Of a stretch of DNA of 64,000 nt, positions 54,149 through 64,000 are shown one piece after another. The position numbers and the translations under genes were made by a program. The DNA is taken from contig CAWBVY010000005.1 in NCBI GenBank assembly GCA_963792415.1, forward strand, positions 57,889-121,888, written 5' to 3'. Position 1 is the first letter of the stretch, and the number at the start of each line of letters is the position of its first letter. This stretch comes from Candidatus Deferrimicrobiaceae bacterium (GTDB lineage Bacteria > Desulfobacterota > Deferrimicrobia > Deferrimicrobiales > Deferrimicrobiaceae). The notes under the pieces are model-generated. The model did no database searches. It saw only the letters and a program-made list of their open reading frames with translations, and was not told the origin of the DNA.

Positions 54149-55183
54149 TTAGGCCTTTTGGTTCACCCATCGGAGGGTTTCGTCCAGACGCCCGTGGGAA
54201 AGCAGTTGTTTTATGTGTTCGATTCGTTTATACCGTGGCCCCTCGAAATCTTCCTGGCGAATCCCGTGCTTCTTGTACGACTGGTAGATCTCTTCCGCAC
54301 CGGACGAGGCGTCCCACTTGTGCTTGTAGTCCGGAAAGGTAGAATGAAACTTCCCGAAATCGACCCGATAGCATCTCTTGTCGGGGCCCGCATCCTTGGC
54401 AAACTCGATCCGGCATCCCGGGACGGTCTTCTCGACGATTTTCGCCAGATCGAGAATCCGGTAGTTTTCCGAATTGCTTCCGATGTTGAACGCCTGATTG
54501 TGAACCGTCTCCCGTGGCGCCTGCAGGATTGTTATGAAGGCTCGGGCGATGTCTTCGACATGGACCAAAGGACGCCAGGGCGTGCCATCGCTCTTGAGGT
54601 ATACAAGCCCGGAAGCAAAGGCCCATGCGACAAGGTTGTTTATGACGAGATCAAATCGCATCACGGGGAGAAACGCCGTAAGCCGTTGCATTCCGAAGGA
54701 ATGTCGGGCTGAAGGTGTCGTCGGCCAAGGCAGCGACATCCCTTTCCACCAGAACCTTGGTCGTCCCGTACGGGGTAACGGGATTGAAGGATGCCTCCTC
54801 GTTCAAGATATTGTCCCCCGACGCCCCGTACGTGCTGCAGGAGGAGGAAAAAGGAATCGCTTTACCCCCGCCTCCTTGGCGAGTCTGCGCAGTCCTTACG
54901 GACGCCTCATGGTTGATATCGAAGGTCAGCCGGGGATTGAGATCGCTTAACGGGTCGTTGGAGAGTGCGGCAAGATGGATGACAGCATCGAACCCTTCAA
55001 GATCGGCGAGTTCGGCGTCACGGATGTCTTTCCTTGTGAACGGAAATTTCGGAAAAGCCGGACCGTAGGAGCACTCCGCGTATAGATCGCTATCGAAACC
55101 CGAACCTCATGGCCTTCCTTCATCAGCAAGGGTACAAGCACGGAACCGATATACCCGTTCGATCCGGTTACCAGGACGTGCAC
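54149..55183 (-). CDS. NAD-dependent epimerase/dehydratase (multiple frameshifts)
   Basis: VLVTGSNGYIG, HLAALSNDP, SSCSTYG, NPVTPY, RFDLV.NNL, SDGTPWRPLVH. Confidence 0.85.
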
Positions 55184-55222
55184 GTTGTCTCCTTTCCCTG
55201 CGATAATTAATAACGATTAATT

Positions 55223-56737
55223 TTATTTTCCTTCTGAAGAAGGCTTTCTTGACTCTTTGATAAGATCAAGGAAAATGGATTTCTGTCCCATAACGTACAA
55301 TAACATCCAAAGATACGATACAAGGAGAACACCGCCTCCAATCAGCAGCCTCAACAAAGTAGAACTAGTATAACCGGATAATTGTAGAACTCCGACCGAG
55401 AGAGCCGCAGCCACGATTCCGGAAAAAAACGGCCGGCCAATTGCCTGAAGAATATCGCGGGAAGAAATGGATGTGCCGTGTTTTGCCCACGCGATCATCG
55501 GGATAACCAATAGGGTCATCCCTACGGAAAACCCGGTTGCCACACCGGCAGGGCCATATCTCAGTCCAGCGATATAACCTGCAATTACCACGGGTGCGAT
55601 GACCAATGCCATTTTCAGGCTTCGATTCACATTCCCTTTGGCCATGAGTAACGGTCCAAAGGGATTTATCAGCGCGAAAGCCAGTCCTGTAGGAGCTAAT
55701 AAACGAAAAACCAAGGATGCATCTATCCACTTCGGGCCAAGAAGAATAATAATTAATTCCTCAGAAAATAACAAGCATCCGATAACAAATGGAATAGTTA
55801 AGGCTAATACAAGAGAATATCCTCTTAAAAAATAACTCTTGAATCGATTTGGATCGTCCTGAAGACGTGAGAGTGTAGGGAACGCCACAGAGTCATTAGC
55901 CGAATTTAATGAATTCAATGGCAAGTTAAAGAGCTGATAGGACCTCCCGTATATGCCAAGCGCTCCTGCCCCCCAATAGCGGCCCAGGAGGACCTTATCT
56001 ACATTGTATGCTGCATACATAACTATGCTATTCAGAGTTACTGTGCCACCGAAATGCAGCGTGGACCGGACCCCGACATTACGGCGAGGCATACCGGGAA
56101 TCCATGGCAAGGCAAGCCAAACACAAATTGCATTCGTTGCTGGTAGTGCGACCTGCATGCCTACCAGCGCCCAATATCCAAATCCTCCGACAGCCAGACC
56201 TATTCCAACGATAATACTGACCAATAAGGAAAGGAGATCGATGACAACCAGCAAAAAATATTTAAAATTCCTTTTTAATATCGCCTGATGCTGGGTCGCG
56301 AACGCATTGAAGATAAAACCGGAACCCAATGCCACTGTTATCCAGAACAGCCTTGGCTCTTTATAAAAAGAAACGAGAACCGGCGCGATCGCAATCGATA
56401 GGCAGCCAAGTACAGTTCCGACAGCGACGTTAACCCAAAACAACGTGGAAACCTGCTCATCCGTGATGTTCGAACGCTGGACAGTAACCATGGACAGGCC
56501 TGCATCTTTGAACAAACCGATAATGCCCGTCACCGCGGTAACCATGCCGACTAATCCGAACTCTTCCGGCAAAAGGAGCCTGGCCAATATCATCAAGGAA
56601 CCTGTACGAAGTGTGAAAGTAACAGGTTGTGCAAAAACCGATATGAAACCACCTCGAATAGTCTTGGCCTTTAAATCCGTTAAAACAATTTCTGCTTCTA
56701 TTATTTTACTAGAACTTGTATCGGTTTCTTTACTCAT
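55223..56737 (-). CDS. wzx: Wzx flippase (WzxC/PST family)
   Basis: LARLL.PEEFGLVGM, D.GL...VQ, G.GYWALV, N.DK.LLGR..G...LG.Y; many TM segments; intact. Confidence 0.88.
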   Translation of the reverse strand: MSKETDTSSSKIIEAEIVLTDLKAKTIRGGFISVFAQPVTFTLRTGSLMILARLLLPEEFGLVGMVTAVTGIIGLFKDAGLSMVTVQRSNITDEQVSTLFWVNVAVGTVLGCLSIAIAPVLVSFYKEPRLFWITVALGSGFIFNAFATQHQAILKRNFKYFLLVVIDLLSLLVSIIVGIGLAVGGFGYWALVGMQVALPATNAICVWLALPWIPGMPRRNVGVRSTLHFGGTVTLNSIVMYAAYNVDKVLLGRYWGAGALGIYGRSYQLFNLPLNSLNSANDSVAFPTLSRLQDDPNRFKSYFLRGYSLVLALTIPFVIGCLLFSEELIIILLGPKWIDASLVFRLLAPTGLAFALINPFGPLLMAKGNVNRSLKMALVIAPVVIAGYIAGLRYGPAGVATGFSVGMTLLVIPMIAWAKHGTSISSRDILQAIGRPFFSGIVAAALSVGVLQLSGYTSSTLLRLLIGGGVLLVSYLWMLLYVMGQKSIFLDLIKESRKPSSEGK

Positions 56738-56788
56738 AAATATTAATATATTACAAAAAATATCCCGGAATATAACTGAACATGATTT

Positions 56789-57925
56789 TCATGTTAATGT
56801 ACTATCTTCTAGCACCACAGACGCCATATCACTTAATTTCTTTTTTCTTTCAAATAACTCGGCCAACCCTTTCAGGTTTGCCATCTTTAATACCTCTTCC
56901 CACCTATACGCCCAATCGTGTCTCAATAAAGATTCGGTTGTATTTTTTTCCCTTATTTTTTCCTGTCGGAAAGGTTGTTTATCTAAATCGCCAATAATTT
57001 GCTCTATTTTATCTGAGTCATATGGTAAATGAATGACAGAGTCAGGCCAATAAAATATTTTTCTGAATTCTTCATTATTCGGATGTTCCCCTATCATAAT
57101 AGACCCAGAGGCAAGTCCTTCAAAATATCTAGTTCCGATCTCACTTTGACTGTTTATTTCAGAAGGAGAATCTATTTTTCCTGGATTTACTAAAAAATAT
57201 CTACTCCTCTTTGCAATATTGGAAAATAATAACCGGTGTTGTCTTCTGTTTAAAACCTTATCCCCAATTATAGAATCATAAATATAAAATATATTATTTT
57301 CTTTAACCATTTTCAATATACTACGATGTGTTTTTTCTGATCTACGCCCAACACTATAAACATCTATCAAACGTTTATTTTTTCCCGGATACGGACAATA
57401 CAGAATCGAATCGATGCCAGGAGGCAAATAAGAACATTTTTCTCCAATCACTTCGTTAACCGCATCAACGCTTTGACTACAGTTTATTATGACTTGATCA
57501 AATTTAGATAAAATGCTCAAATAGCACCTGTATTTATAAATTTCGGATATCCAAATTTCGTTCAACCAGCAAATCGAAGTTTTACAGTGATCTTTCCACC
57601 CTTCAATACTTTCGACATGTAACAAATCTTTTGGAAACTGGCAAACAGCAAAAAACAGGTCATAATTATTATTAATATTAGTTTTTGGAATACCAGGATT
57701 CATTGAAACAGCATATTTATGCGCCAGTTTCTGAGCAATTCGTGTCCCTTTACTAAACCATTTATTAGGTAATGGTGAAATTAAATCTACTGCATCCATT
57801 TCTTGAATTAAATCTTCGAATTCATACAAAGAACATCTATAATGAAATTTTTCTAATATATTTCGCTGAGAAAACATAAGAATACGCGCAGGAATCAATT
57901 TATTTCTATCAGTTACGCTTGGCAA
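56789..57925 (-). CDS. Putative glycosyltransferase (CgeB / Glyco_trans_1_2-like)
   Basis: C-terminal RYFEGLASG...HDWAYRW pattern; TTG start; AT-rich; intact. Confidence 0.7.
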   Translation of the reverse strand: MPSVTDRNKLIPARILMFSQRNILEKFHYRCSLYEFEDLIQEMDAVDLISPLPNKWFSKGTRIAQKLAHKYAVSMNPGIPKTNINNNYDLFFAVCQFPKDLLHVESIEGWKDHCKTSICWLNEIWISEIYKYRCYLSILSKFDQVIINCSQSVDAVNEVIGEKCSYLPPGIDSILYCPYPGKNKRLIDVYSVGRRSEKTHRSILKMVKENNIFYIYDSIIGDKVLNRRQHRLLFSNIAKRSRYFLVNPGKIDSPSEINSQSEIGTRYFEGLASGSIMIGEHPNNEEFRKIFYWPDSVIHLPYDSDKIEQIIGDLDKQPFRQEKIREKNTTESLLRHDWAYRWEEVLKMANLKGLAELFERKKKLSDMASVVLEDSTLT

Positions 57926-58038
57926 TTAATGTTCCCGGACTTTCCAGCATATTATTTTTATTCCCAACTGTATTCAAACTGCATCAACGGGGAAAAATCA
58001 TATCTCTTTACTTGTTGTCTGATGGAAAATCGAATCCA

Positions 58039-59088
58039 TTATCCGAGCAGTAAGGATGATTTCTCTGTACGGAATGGGTTCCGGTCCATCTCCCGGATTG
58101 CATTATAAAATTCTTTCACGAGTTGTCTTCGGCCGTAATCCACGTGGAAATCGTTTCTCATGAATCGGCCGACATTTCTTCGTGCGTTTCCAAGATATTG
58201 TTTGGCAAGGATTCGTGGAGCGATGAAGTGATTCAGGTAGCTCTTTCGGTGTATCGGATTTTCTGAGCTGTATGAGGATCCGTTGATTATGATCGAGGAC
58301 CAAGTGAATTCTCCGGACCGTAGAGCCTGAATTGGAATATTTTCGGGCTGATCTGGGAAGAGAACGTGAAATAGGCCGATCGTGTTCCGGTCTGTCGAAT
58401 GCATGACCACACGCAATTCATCGATGATGTCCTCCTGCCCGATGCTTCCGCAGAAAGGGACTCGTTTATCCGACCGCGATGACTTTCGGGGACGAATCCG
58501 GCCAATATTCGGCGATCTTGCATACCCCATGACTGATGACGTTGTGCAGCAGTTTGCCCGGCAGCGCCCTTACCCAGTGGTTCCTGTCCCCGAGGAGCGC
58601 CTGACCATACTGGTCCTGGAGACCATAGGGAAAGTAGCTTTCCATGTGGATGGGCGGCCTCCAAGAAAACCGGCCTTCACCAGTTCCCGCATTTCCATGG
58701 ATTCGTGGCTGAACTGGTTATTGTGGCCGACCGTTATCCTCCGGTTCCTGCTCCGCGCCAGTTCGATGACGCTTTCCGCCTCCTGCGCGGTGACGGTAAA
58801 GGGTTTTTCCATGAATACGTGCGGCACCGGATTCAAGAGACATGACACCGAAGGGAAAATGACTTTGCGGTGGAGTGGTGATGTGCACCACGTCCGGCCG
58901 CACCGCCTCCAGCATCGCTCCGACATCGGTGAAATGCCGGCTCACGCCGTACCGTTCCGCAAGCTGCCTGGCCATCAGCTCTTCCCGGTCGCAGACACGC
59001 CGACGATCGAGCAACCGGGGAGCCTCGCCACGAGACTTGCATGCTCATCCGCGATCTTTCCGCACCCGATGATGGCAGCCTTGATCAT
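58039..59088 (-). CDS. Gfo/Idh/MocA oxidoreductase (multiple frameshifts)
   Basis: MIKAAIIGCGKIA, PDVVHITTPPQSH, HVFMEKPF, TVGHN across frames. Confidence 0.8.
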
Positions 59089-60148
59089 GGTTCTACCTCC
59101 CGCCGTCCTGCAATAATCGAAGAAACGCTGCGATGCCTCACTGAAGGGAACGATGGGTTTCCATCCCAGCCGCGTCTTGATTTTCTCATTGGAATACCGG
59201 TTCCCCTTCCAGTCGCGTTGACCAGCGCGTCCGATTGAACACGTCGGGAAGCTGTCCGTCCGACCAGACGGAATATTTCTCCCAGAGAACGCTGAAGAGG
59301 CGGCTGACGATTTTCGGAACGTAGAACGATCGGAAACTGGCCACGTTCTTCTTGTACATCCGCAGGAATTGCCTGCTTGTGGGCAGGTCATCGTCGACCA
59401 CATTGAACACCTCTCCATCAACACCGTACCGTCAGGCCCGCAAGGACGATGGCTTCCGCACAATTGTCCATGTAGGTCAGCGGAATCCGGTTGGATCCGC
59501 CCAAATGCAGGAATGGGCCGAACGTATCGATTCCGATCCTCCCGTGAATTCCCTTGATGCCGGGACCGTATACGACGCCGGGCCGGACGATTACATAGGG
59601 AAGCCCCCTCTTCTCTCCGTATTCCATAACGAGTTCGTCCTGTTTGATTTTCGCGTAAGGAATAGGCCTCCCCTTTCCGGGTCGGTTGATCTTCCATCGG
59701 GCAGGTTTCGTCCAGCAGGGCACCGGCTTTCATCCGGGTGTTGTCGTAGATGGAGAAGGAACTGACGTTAACGAATCGAAGAAGCCGCGTCGGTCGAAGG
59801 GCCGCCTCCAGCAGATTCCTGGTCGTCACGACCGAGTTCAGGTAGGCCTCGGGCATGGACTTCAGTCCTTTGCCGGCGGCCAGATGATATATGATCGGCA
59901 CCCCTTCTACCGCCTTTTCGCAGTCCTCGGTCGATAACAGGTTGCCCGGGACGATCTGGATGTTTCCTCCGGAACCCTTCTTCATTTCAAGTGAGTGGCC
60001 GGATGGCACTGGAGGGCCTTACAAAGCAGCGGATATTCTTGAAACCGTGTTCGAGTAAACGGGCTACGACCTGTGTTCCGATGAATCCGCCCGCTCCCGT
60101 GACAAGCAGTGGCTCCTCGAGAGAAACTGGCAGTCGTCTGGTTCCCAT
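59085..60148 (-). CDS. NAD-dependent epimerase/dehydratase (multiple frameshifts)
   Basis: LVTGAGGFIG, YHLAA, VSSFSIY, Y...K, VRPGVVYGPG, FNVVDD. Confidence 0.82.
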
Positions 60149-60181
60149 AGAACCTCCCGTAAATTTTCGTTCTGCATCCGT

Positions 60182-61088
60182 CTACTCGACGACGTACTTT
60201 TCCGGGATCACGTTGATGCCCGCGCGCCAGTCAGGACCCGCCCGAGGTGATCACATATTTTCACCAGGTATCTCATGAACAGATGTTGACCGATAAGGGC
60301 CAGAACCGGAAGCAGAATCAGATAGATCTGGTATGGCGATCAGGGAGATCATGACGCTTTTCCACCCCATATTCGGGTGCCGGAGGGACATCTTGCCCCG
60401 CAAGAGCGCCCTTCTCAAAGAAAACTTCGCCGCCACCGGGTAGAGGGAATATGCTCGTATCCCGACCGCCTCGTTGCACCACACGAACCGGTAGCCCTTC
60501 GCAGATCTTCCTTCGGAAGAAATCCTGATCTTCCCCGCCGCTGCCGAATCTGGGATCAAACGGCTGGGGGTCGCCTGCAAGCACGCTTCTTCGGATCAAG
60601 ACATTTCCCGTCCGTCCGTTTCGCCACCCGATGACCATGCCGGTCGCGTGGGTCGGCCGTTCGTAGAAGTCACCTTTGACGACCCACTGCGGCGGATTCT
60701 CGTCGAATATAGGTTTCACTGGCCCCAGTACCCCGTCGGCCTGATATCCTTGCTGCGCCAGGTAAAGCGTCCGCAGCCAGTCCCGCCGCGGGGATTGATC
60801 GTCATCGAAAAACGCCATGTAGTCACCGACGGAATTTCTGACGGCCCTGTTCCGGGCAAGGGAGATGTTCTGCTCGGGCTCGATCTCGTAGGAAACGGCT
60901 ATTCTCGAGCGGCGGGCAAACGCCTCAACTACATCCCTTGCGGACCCCTTGTCGTCGTTGTCGACAACGACGACCGAGTGCCCGAACATCCCCGAGGTCT
61001 CCTGCGCCTCCAGGTCCGAAAGGAGGTCGGAAAGTAAATTCGGTCGCCGAAAGGTACAGATGCAGACGCAGATGTGGTCCGTACTCAT
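60182..61088 (-). CDS. GT2 glycosyltransferase (ExoM-like; frameshifted)
   Basis: ICVCICTFRRP, VVDND, ARN, FFDDD, TGNVL, FDPRF..GGED..FF. Confidence 0.85.
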
Positions 61089-61150
61089 TTTAGCCTGCCA
61101 CAATCGCGAATCAGAAGGGGAGGAGAACGCCAGTAGGCCGTATGCCGGAA

Positions 61151-62149
61151 TCAGTCCTTCCATATCTTCCTTGCGAACTCCATGGCGATGATTCTTTCCA
61201 CAGGAACTACTGGCTTTTCGAGACTGAACCTTTGCATGTGTCGTGAAAGATTCCCGTTGATCATGCCGGCAGTGCCAAATGTCATGTCCACCATCCCGGT
61301 CGAATGAACTTCCTTGAAAAACCGCTCCCCGACATTCCGGTCCGTATGGGGAAAAGCAAACGCCCCATAGAGCAGGTCAAACGTCTCCCGGACAGATCGA
61401 GTGCTCTCCACGGTCTGGCGCACCTGCTCTTCTACTGCGATGTCCGCAAACAGGGGATGGTCTATGCCGTGCGACCCAATCGTAAACCCTTGCCGGATCA
61501 GGTGGCGGATCTGGGATGAATCAAGGTATGGTTTGTGCGTCGAGAGATAACCATCCAGATCCACCTCCATGCTAACTGCCAATTCATCCAACACGTCTCT
61601 CTTGTCGTATGGGACCGACAGGATTGCGGATGAGATGTCCTTGCCGCCGATGCCTCTCGTGGTCAACTTTGCCCTCATTGCCTGCACTGCCCCCTCGGAC
61701 ACTCCACCTTTCGCTTTCTCCACAAGAATACTCGCCTTCTGATGAAATATCAGAGCCCGGTTATCGGTGGAAGCGCTGTTCAGGAAAAATGTCGCGGGGA
61801 TTCCTTTCCGCATGAGAATGGGAGCAACGACATCGTGCATTTCCCGGAAGCCGTCATCGAAGGTCAGGTGGAAAGACCGTCTGGGAAACCCGGTATTTCC
61901 GAGTACTGCGCCCAGCACATCAGTCAGGCTCACCGGGTCGAATTGTTTCAGAAGATGTTCCAGGTCGTTCGTGAATTCCCGGGTACCCTTGTACGGGTAA
62001 AGATTCTGTACGTGGATTGCCTTCTGATCGCTGATGATGTGGTAATACGGGATGATGAGGGGAATCGGGTTTATTTTTTCATGGAATTCCAACGGTATAC
62101 GTACGCAAACTCTCGAGGCAATTTCCTTCTTGAATTTCATATCCTGCAT
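61151..62149 (-). CDS. Polysaccharide deacetylase (CE4/NodB)
   Basis: PYYH, LTFDDG, PATFF, IGSH..DHP, FAFP. May extend to ~61085 through a frameshift. Confidence 0.85.
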   Translation of the reverse strand: MQDMKFKKEIASRVCVRIPLEFHEKINPIPLIIPYYHIISDQKAIHVQNLYPYKGTREFTNDLEHLLKQFDPVSLTDVLGAVLGNTGFPRRSFHLTFDDGFREMHDVVAPILMRKGIPATFFLNSASTDNRALIFHQKASILVEKAKGGVSEGAVQAMRAKLTTRGIGGKDISSAILSVPYDKRDVLDELAVSMEVDLDGYLSTHKPYLDSSQIRHLIRQGFTIGSHGIDHPLFADIAVEEQVRQTVESTRSVRETFDLLYGAFAFPHTDRNVGERFFKEVHSTGMVDMTFGTAGMINGNLSRHMQRFSLEKPVVPVERIIAMEFARKIWKD

Positions 62150-62397
62150 TTCTTGGAAAATAAGTATCTGACCTGGAGGTAGCTCGCATCCGCTACACCT
62201 CCCAGGATCGCGGTGATGGATTCCAATGCGGTAGTATATGGTCTATTTGCGATTAAAGAACAGTATATCGCGACCAAGGATGAACTGGTTTCGCTTTCTT
62301 CCTGTAAAAGGCGTGAAAATGCGAAGGGCCCGTTTGACGCGCGAAACGAACTGGACGTCCGTTCAAGCGAAGAAGATCTTGACATCAGAACTCGATA

Positions 62398-64000
62398 CTA
62401 TTGGACTCCCAGGATAGTAGGAGGAAATGGAGTACGGCGCGGGGGTGGGGCGCCCGAGACAGTGCAAATCGCCCGATCGTATCTCCGCTTCGCCGGAATA
62501 TTGTTCGTGTATCCACTTACATCTGGGCCAATCGGAGGCCATGGCGCTTCGACACACCACCAGTATGGTTTGGTCGTGTAGTACCATGAGTTCGACAACC
62601 CGTGATCCGAACCGCCTTGCCAATGCGCCACGCCATCAGTTATGTAATCGTAATTGCCGTGTATCACGGCGGTCGAATAGGACAGATTGTCTCGCCATGA
62701 CCCCCCCGCGGAACTGAATCCAAAGCGGTAGATCAAAGGCCACATGGACGGATCGCCAGATTGATTCCACAACACCGTCCCTTCAGTCCATGACGCCTGT
62801 CCTATGACGTTTCCCACAAGATTATAGTGTCGGTTGTAATATTCGATTTCGATGGAAACCCACAACCACGGGTTCGGGTTCAAGGGTGTCGTGGTGTTTT
62901 TTCCCCTGACATAATTCCGGAACAGCGTGTTGTGACTGGAAGATCCTTGCGTGTAGTCCGCCCACCAGCTCGTCACGGAGTTCCCTTCCCACAAATTCAT
63001 GTGGGGATGCGAACCGTGGTTGCTGATCGCGTCTTCGCCGAGAAATGCGGTGTCGATCACGTCGCCGCTCCCTTGGACCGATTCCCCGTTGTCATCCGTA
63101 TAGTTGAAGAGAACCGCATTTCCGCTACCGCCGCCCTCGAAGACGATGCTGTGCCGCGTGTCTCGGACGATGTTGTTCTCCACTTTGTGCGCACTGTTCC
63201 AGTTGTAAAACTCTATCCCGTAATTCCTTCCCGAATCGCGTGAAACGCCGTGATGATGGTAGCTGTCTCGGTACTCGTTCCCGTAAGAGTAATCCGTCCA
63301 TATATGAGGCGATCCGGAACTATCTTGTCCGACATTGTATGTTTCGACATTTCTCACCCAGCAGTTCCGGGTGAATGAAAATTGGATTAGTTTGATATTC
63401 GTTCCATTCCCATTCAGTTTGAGACTCTCCAGTCCGGCCATGCTGACGCCGAATGTCTGTTTTCTTACCTTGGGATTTACGGGGTTGGGGGATACATAGT
63501 AGATTGGTGGATAGATTGCGAGCGTGTTGCCGTACTTCCCAGTTATCTTGGAATACTGCTGCTTCACATGTTGATCACCGCTAGGGGCTTCCTCCCCAAG
63601 CCAATCGTACCCCCTGTAGTCTATAACGCTGGAGTCGGTATCCTGGTATATGGATATAACATCCCCCACCTGATAATCGACGGGAGAGGAGGCGTTGCTC
63701 AACGTTATGCTGATCGAATCTTTTTCATACCCGGAGGTTATGGATGTGCCGTTTGGCCTTGCGGGGTTCCAACTGGTATCCTTCGTGCCCCCGATAAAGC
63801 GCACCTGGCTTCCGTTCATGTTGAGGGTAGTTGTTCCCGGCGAGGAATTCGGGAGCCATGGTGGACCTGCGCCCGCTCCCCGAAGCACCACGTTGCTTTT
63901 CATGTTTATGTTTCCGTCGACCCGATATGTTCCAGCGGGGATATAAACGGCGGTCCTGGCAGCGGCCGCTGATATACACGCATTGATCTGGGACGTGTTG
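62398..64000 (-). CDS. Pectate-lyase-like right-handed beta-helix protein (5' end beyond window edge)
   Basis: INACI...VYIPAGTY......MKSNVVLRGAG, Asn-rich parallel beta-helix repeats, Pro-rich tail; frame open to the window edge. Confidence 0.7.
   Translation of the reverse strand, partial: NTSQINACISAAAARTAVYIPAGTYRVDGNINMKSNVVLRGAGAGPPWLPNSSPGTTTLNMNGSQVRFIGGTKDTSWNPARPNGTSITSGYEKDSISITLSNASSPVDYQVGDVISIYQDTDSSVIDYRGYDWLGEEAPSGDQHVKQQYSKITGKYGNTLAIYPPIYYVSPNPVNPKVRKQTFGVSMAGLESLKLNGNGTNIKLIQFSFTRNCWVRNVETYNVGQDSSGSPHIWTDYSYGNEYRDSYHHHGVSRDSGRNYGIEFYNWNSAHKVENNIVRDTRHSIVFEGGGSGNAVLFNYTDDNGESVQGSGDVIDTAFLGEDAISNHGSHPHMNLWEGNSVTSWWADYTQGSSSHNTLFRNYVRGKNTTTPLNPNPWLWVSIEIEYYNRHYNLVGNVIGQASWTEGTVLWNQSGDPSMWPLIYRFGFSSAGGSWRDNLSYSTAVIHGNYDYITDGVAHWQGGSDHGLSNSWYYTTKPYWWCVEAPWPPIGPDVSGYTNNIPAKRRYDRAICTVSGAPPPRRTPFPPTILGVQ

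Noticed and set aside
62172-62206. Imperfect hairpin upstream of the deacetylase as a possible ncRNA or terminator
   Set aside because: A single bulged stem with no U-tract or recognisable aptamer motif.
35405-64000. Intact integrative element or prophage at tRNA-Glu
   Set aside because: No integrase, transposase, phage gene or duplicated tRNA 3' end was seen, and the thi operon has host-like composition.

Overview
Bacterial chromosomal window, high-GC and Gram-negative. Gene order and protein style resemble deltaproteobacteria (inference). 1-35.5 kb is intact housekeeping, mostly on the minus strand: skp-bamA-lolD-lolC/E-lysS-prfB (programmed +1 frameshift)-lnt-ybeY-HD protein-phoH-DUF4388-TPR; mazG; rpsT; holA-lptE-leuS-nusB-rib operon-nrdR-dCMP deaminase-an in-frame rpiB-glyA fusion-fab/plsX/rpmF operon; MEMO-gltX-tRNA-Gln-tRNA-Glu. 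The mazG-rpsT-holA intergenic DNA holds four DnaA-box-like 9-mers and a ~60-bp palindromic repeat, present as three tandem copies upstream of rpsT and one inverted copy downstream. After tRNA-Glu come small accessory genes, a TPP-riboswitch-controlled thiSGHE operon and a compositionally mosaic surface-polysaccharide locus (40.8 kb to the window end). That locus encodes a short OPX, a sigma54-driven sugar transferase with a GGDEF-like N-terminus, a CDP-sugar module, Wzx, glycosyltransferases and deacetylases. It also encodes an unusual adenylation-carrier-LbH acyltransferase fusion whose A domain resembles oxalate-CoA ligases, the best candidate here for an undescribed system. Many genes after 37 kb carry single-base indels that look more like read errors than true decay. 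All calls come from manual motif recognition without database searches, and start codons are estimates.
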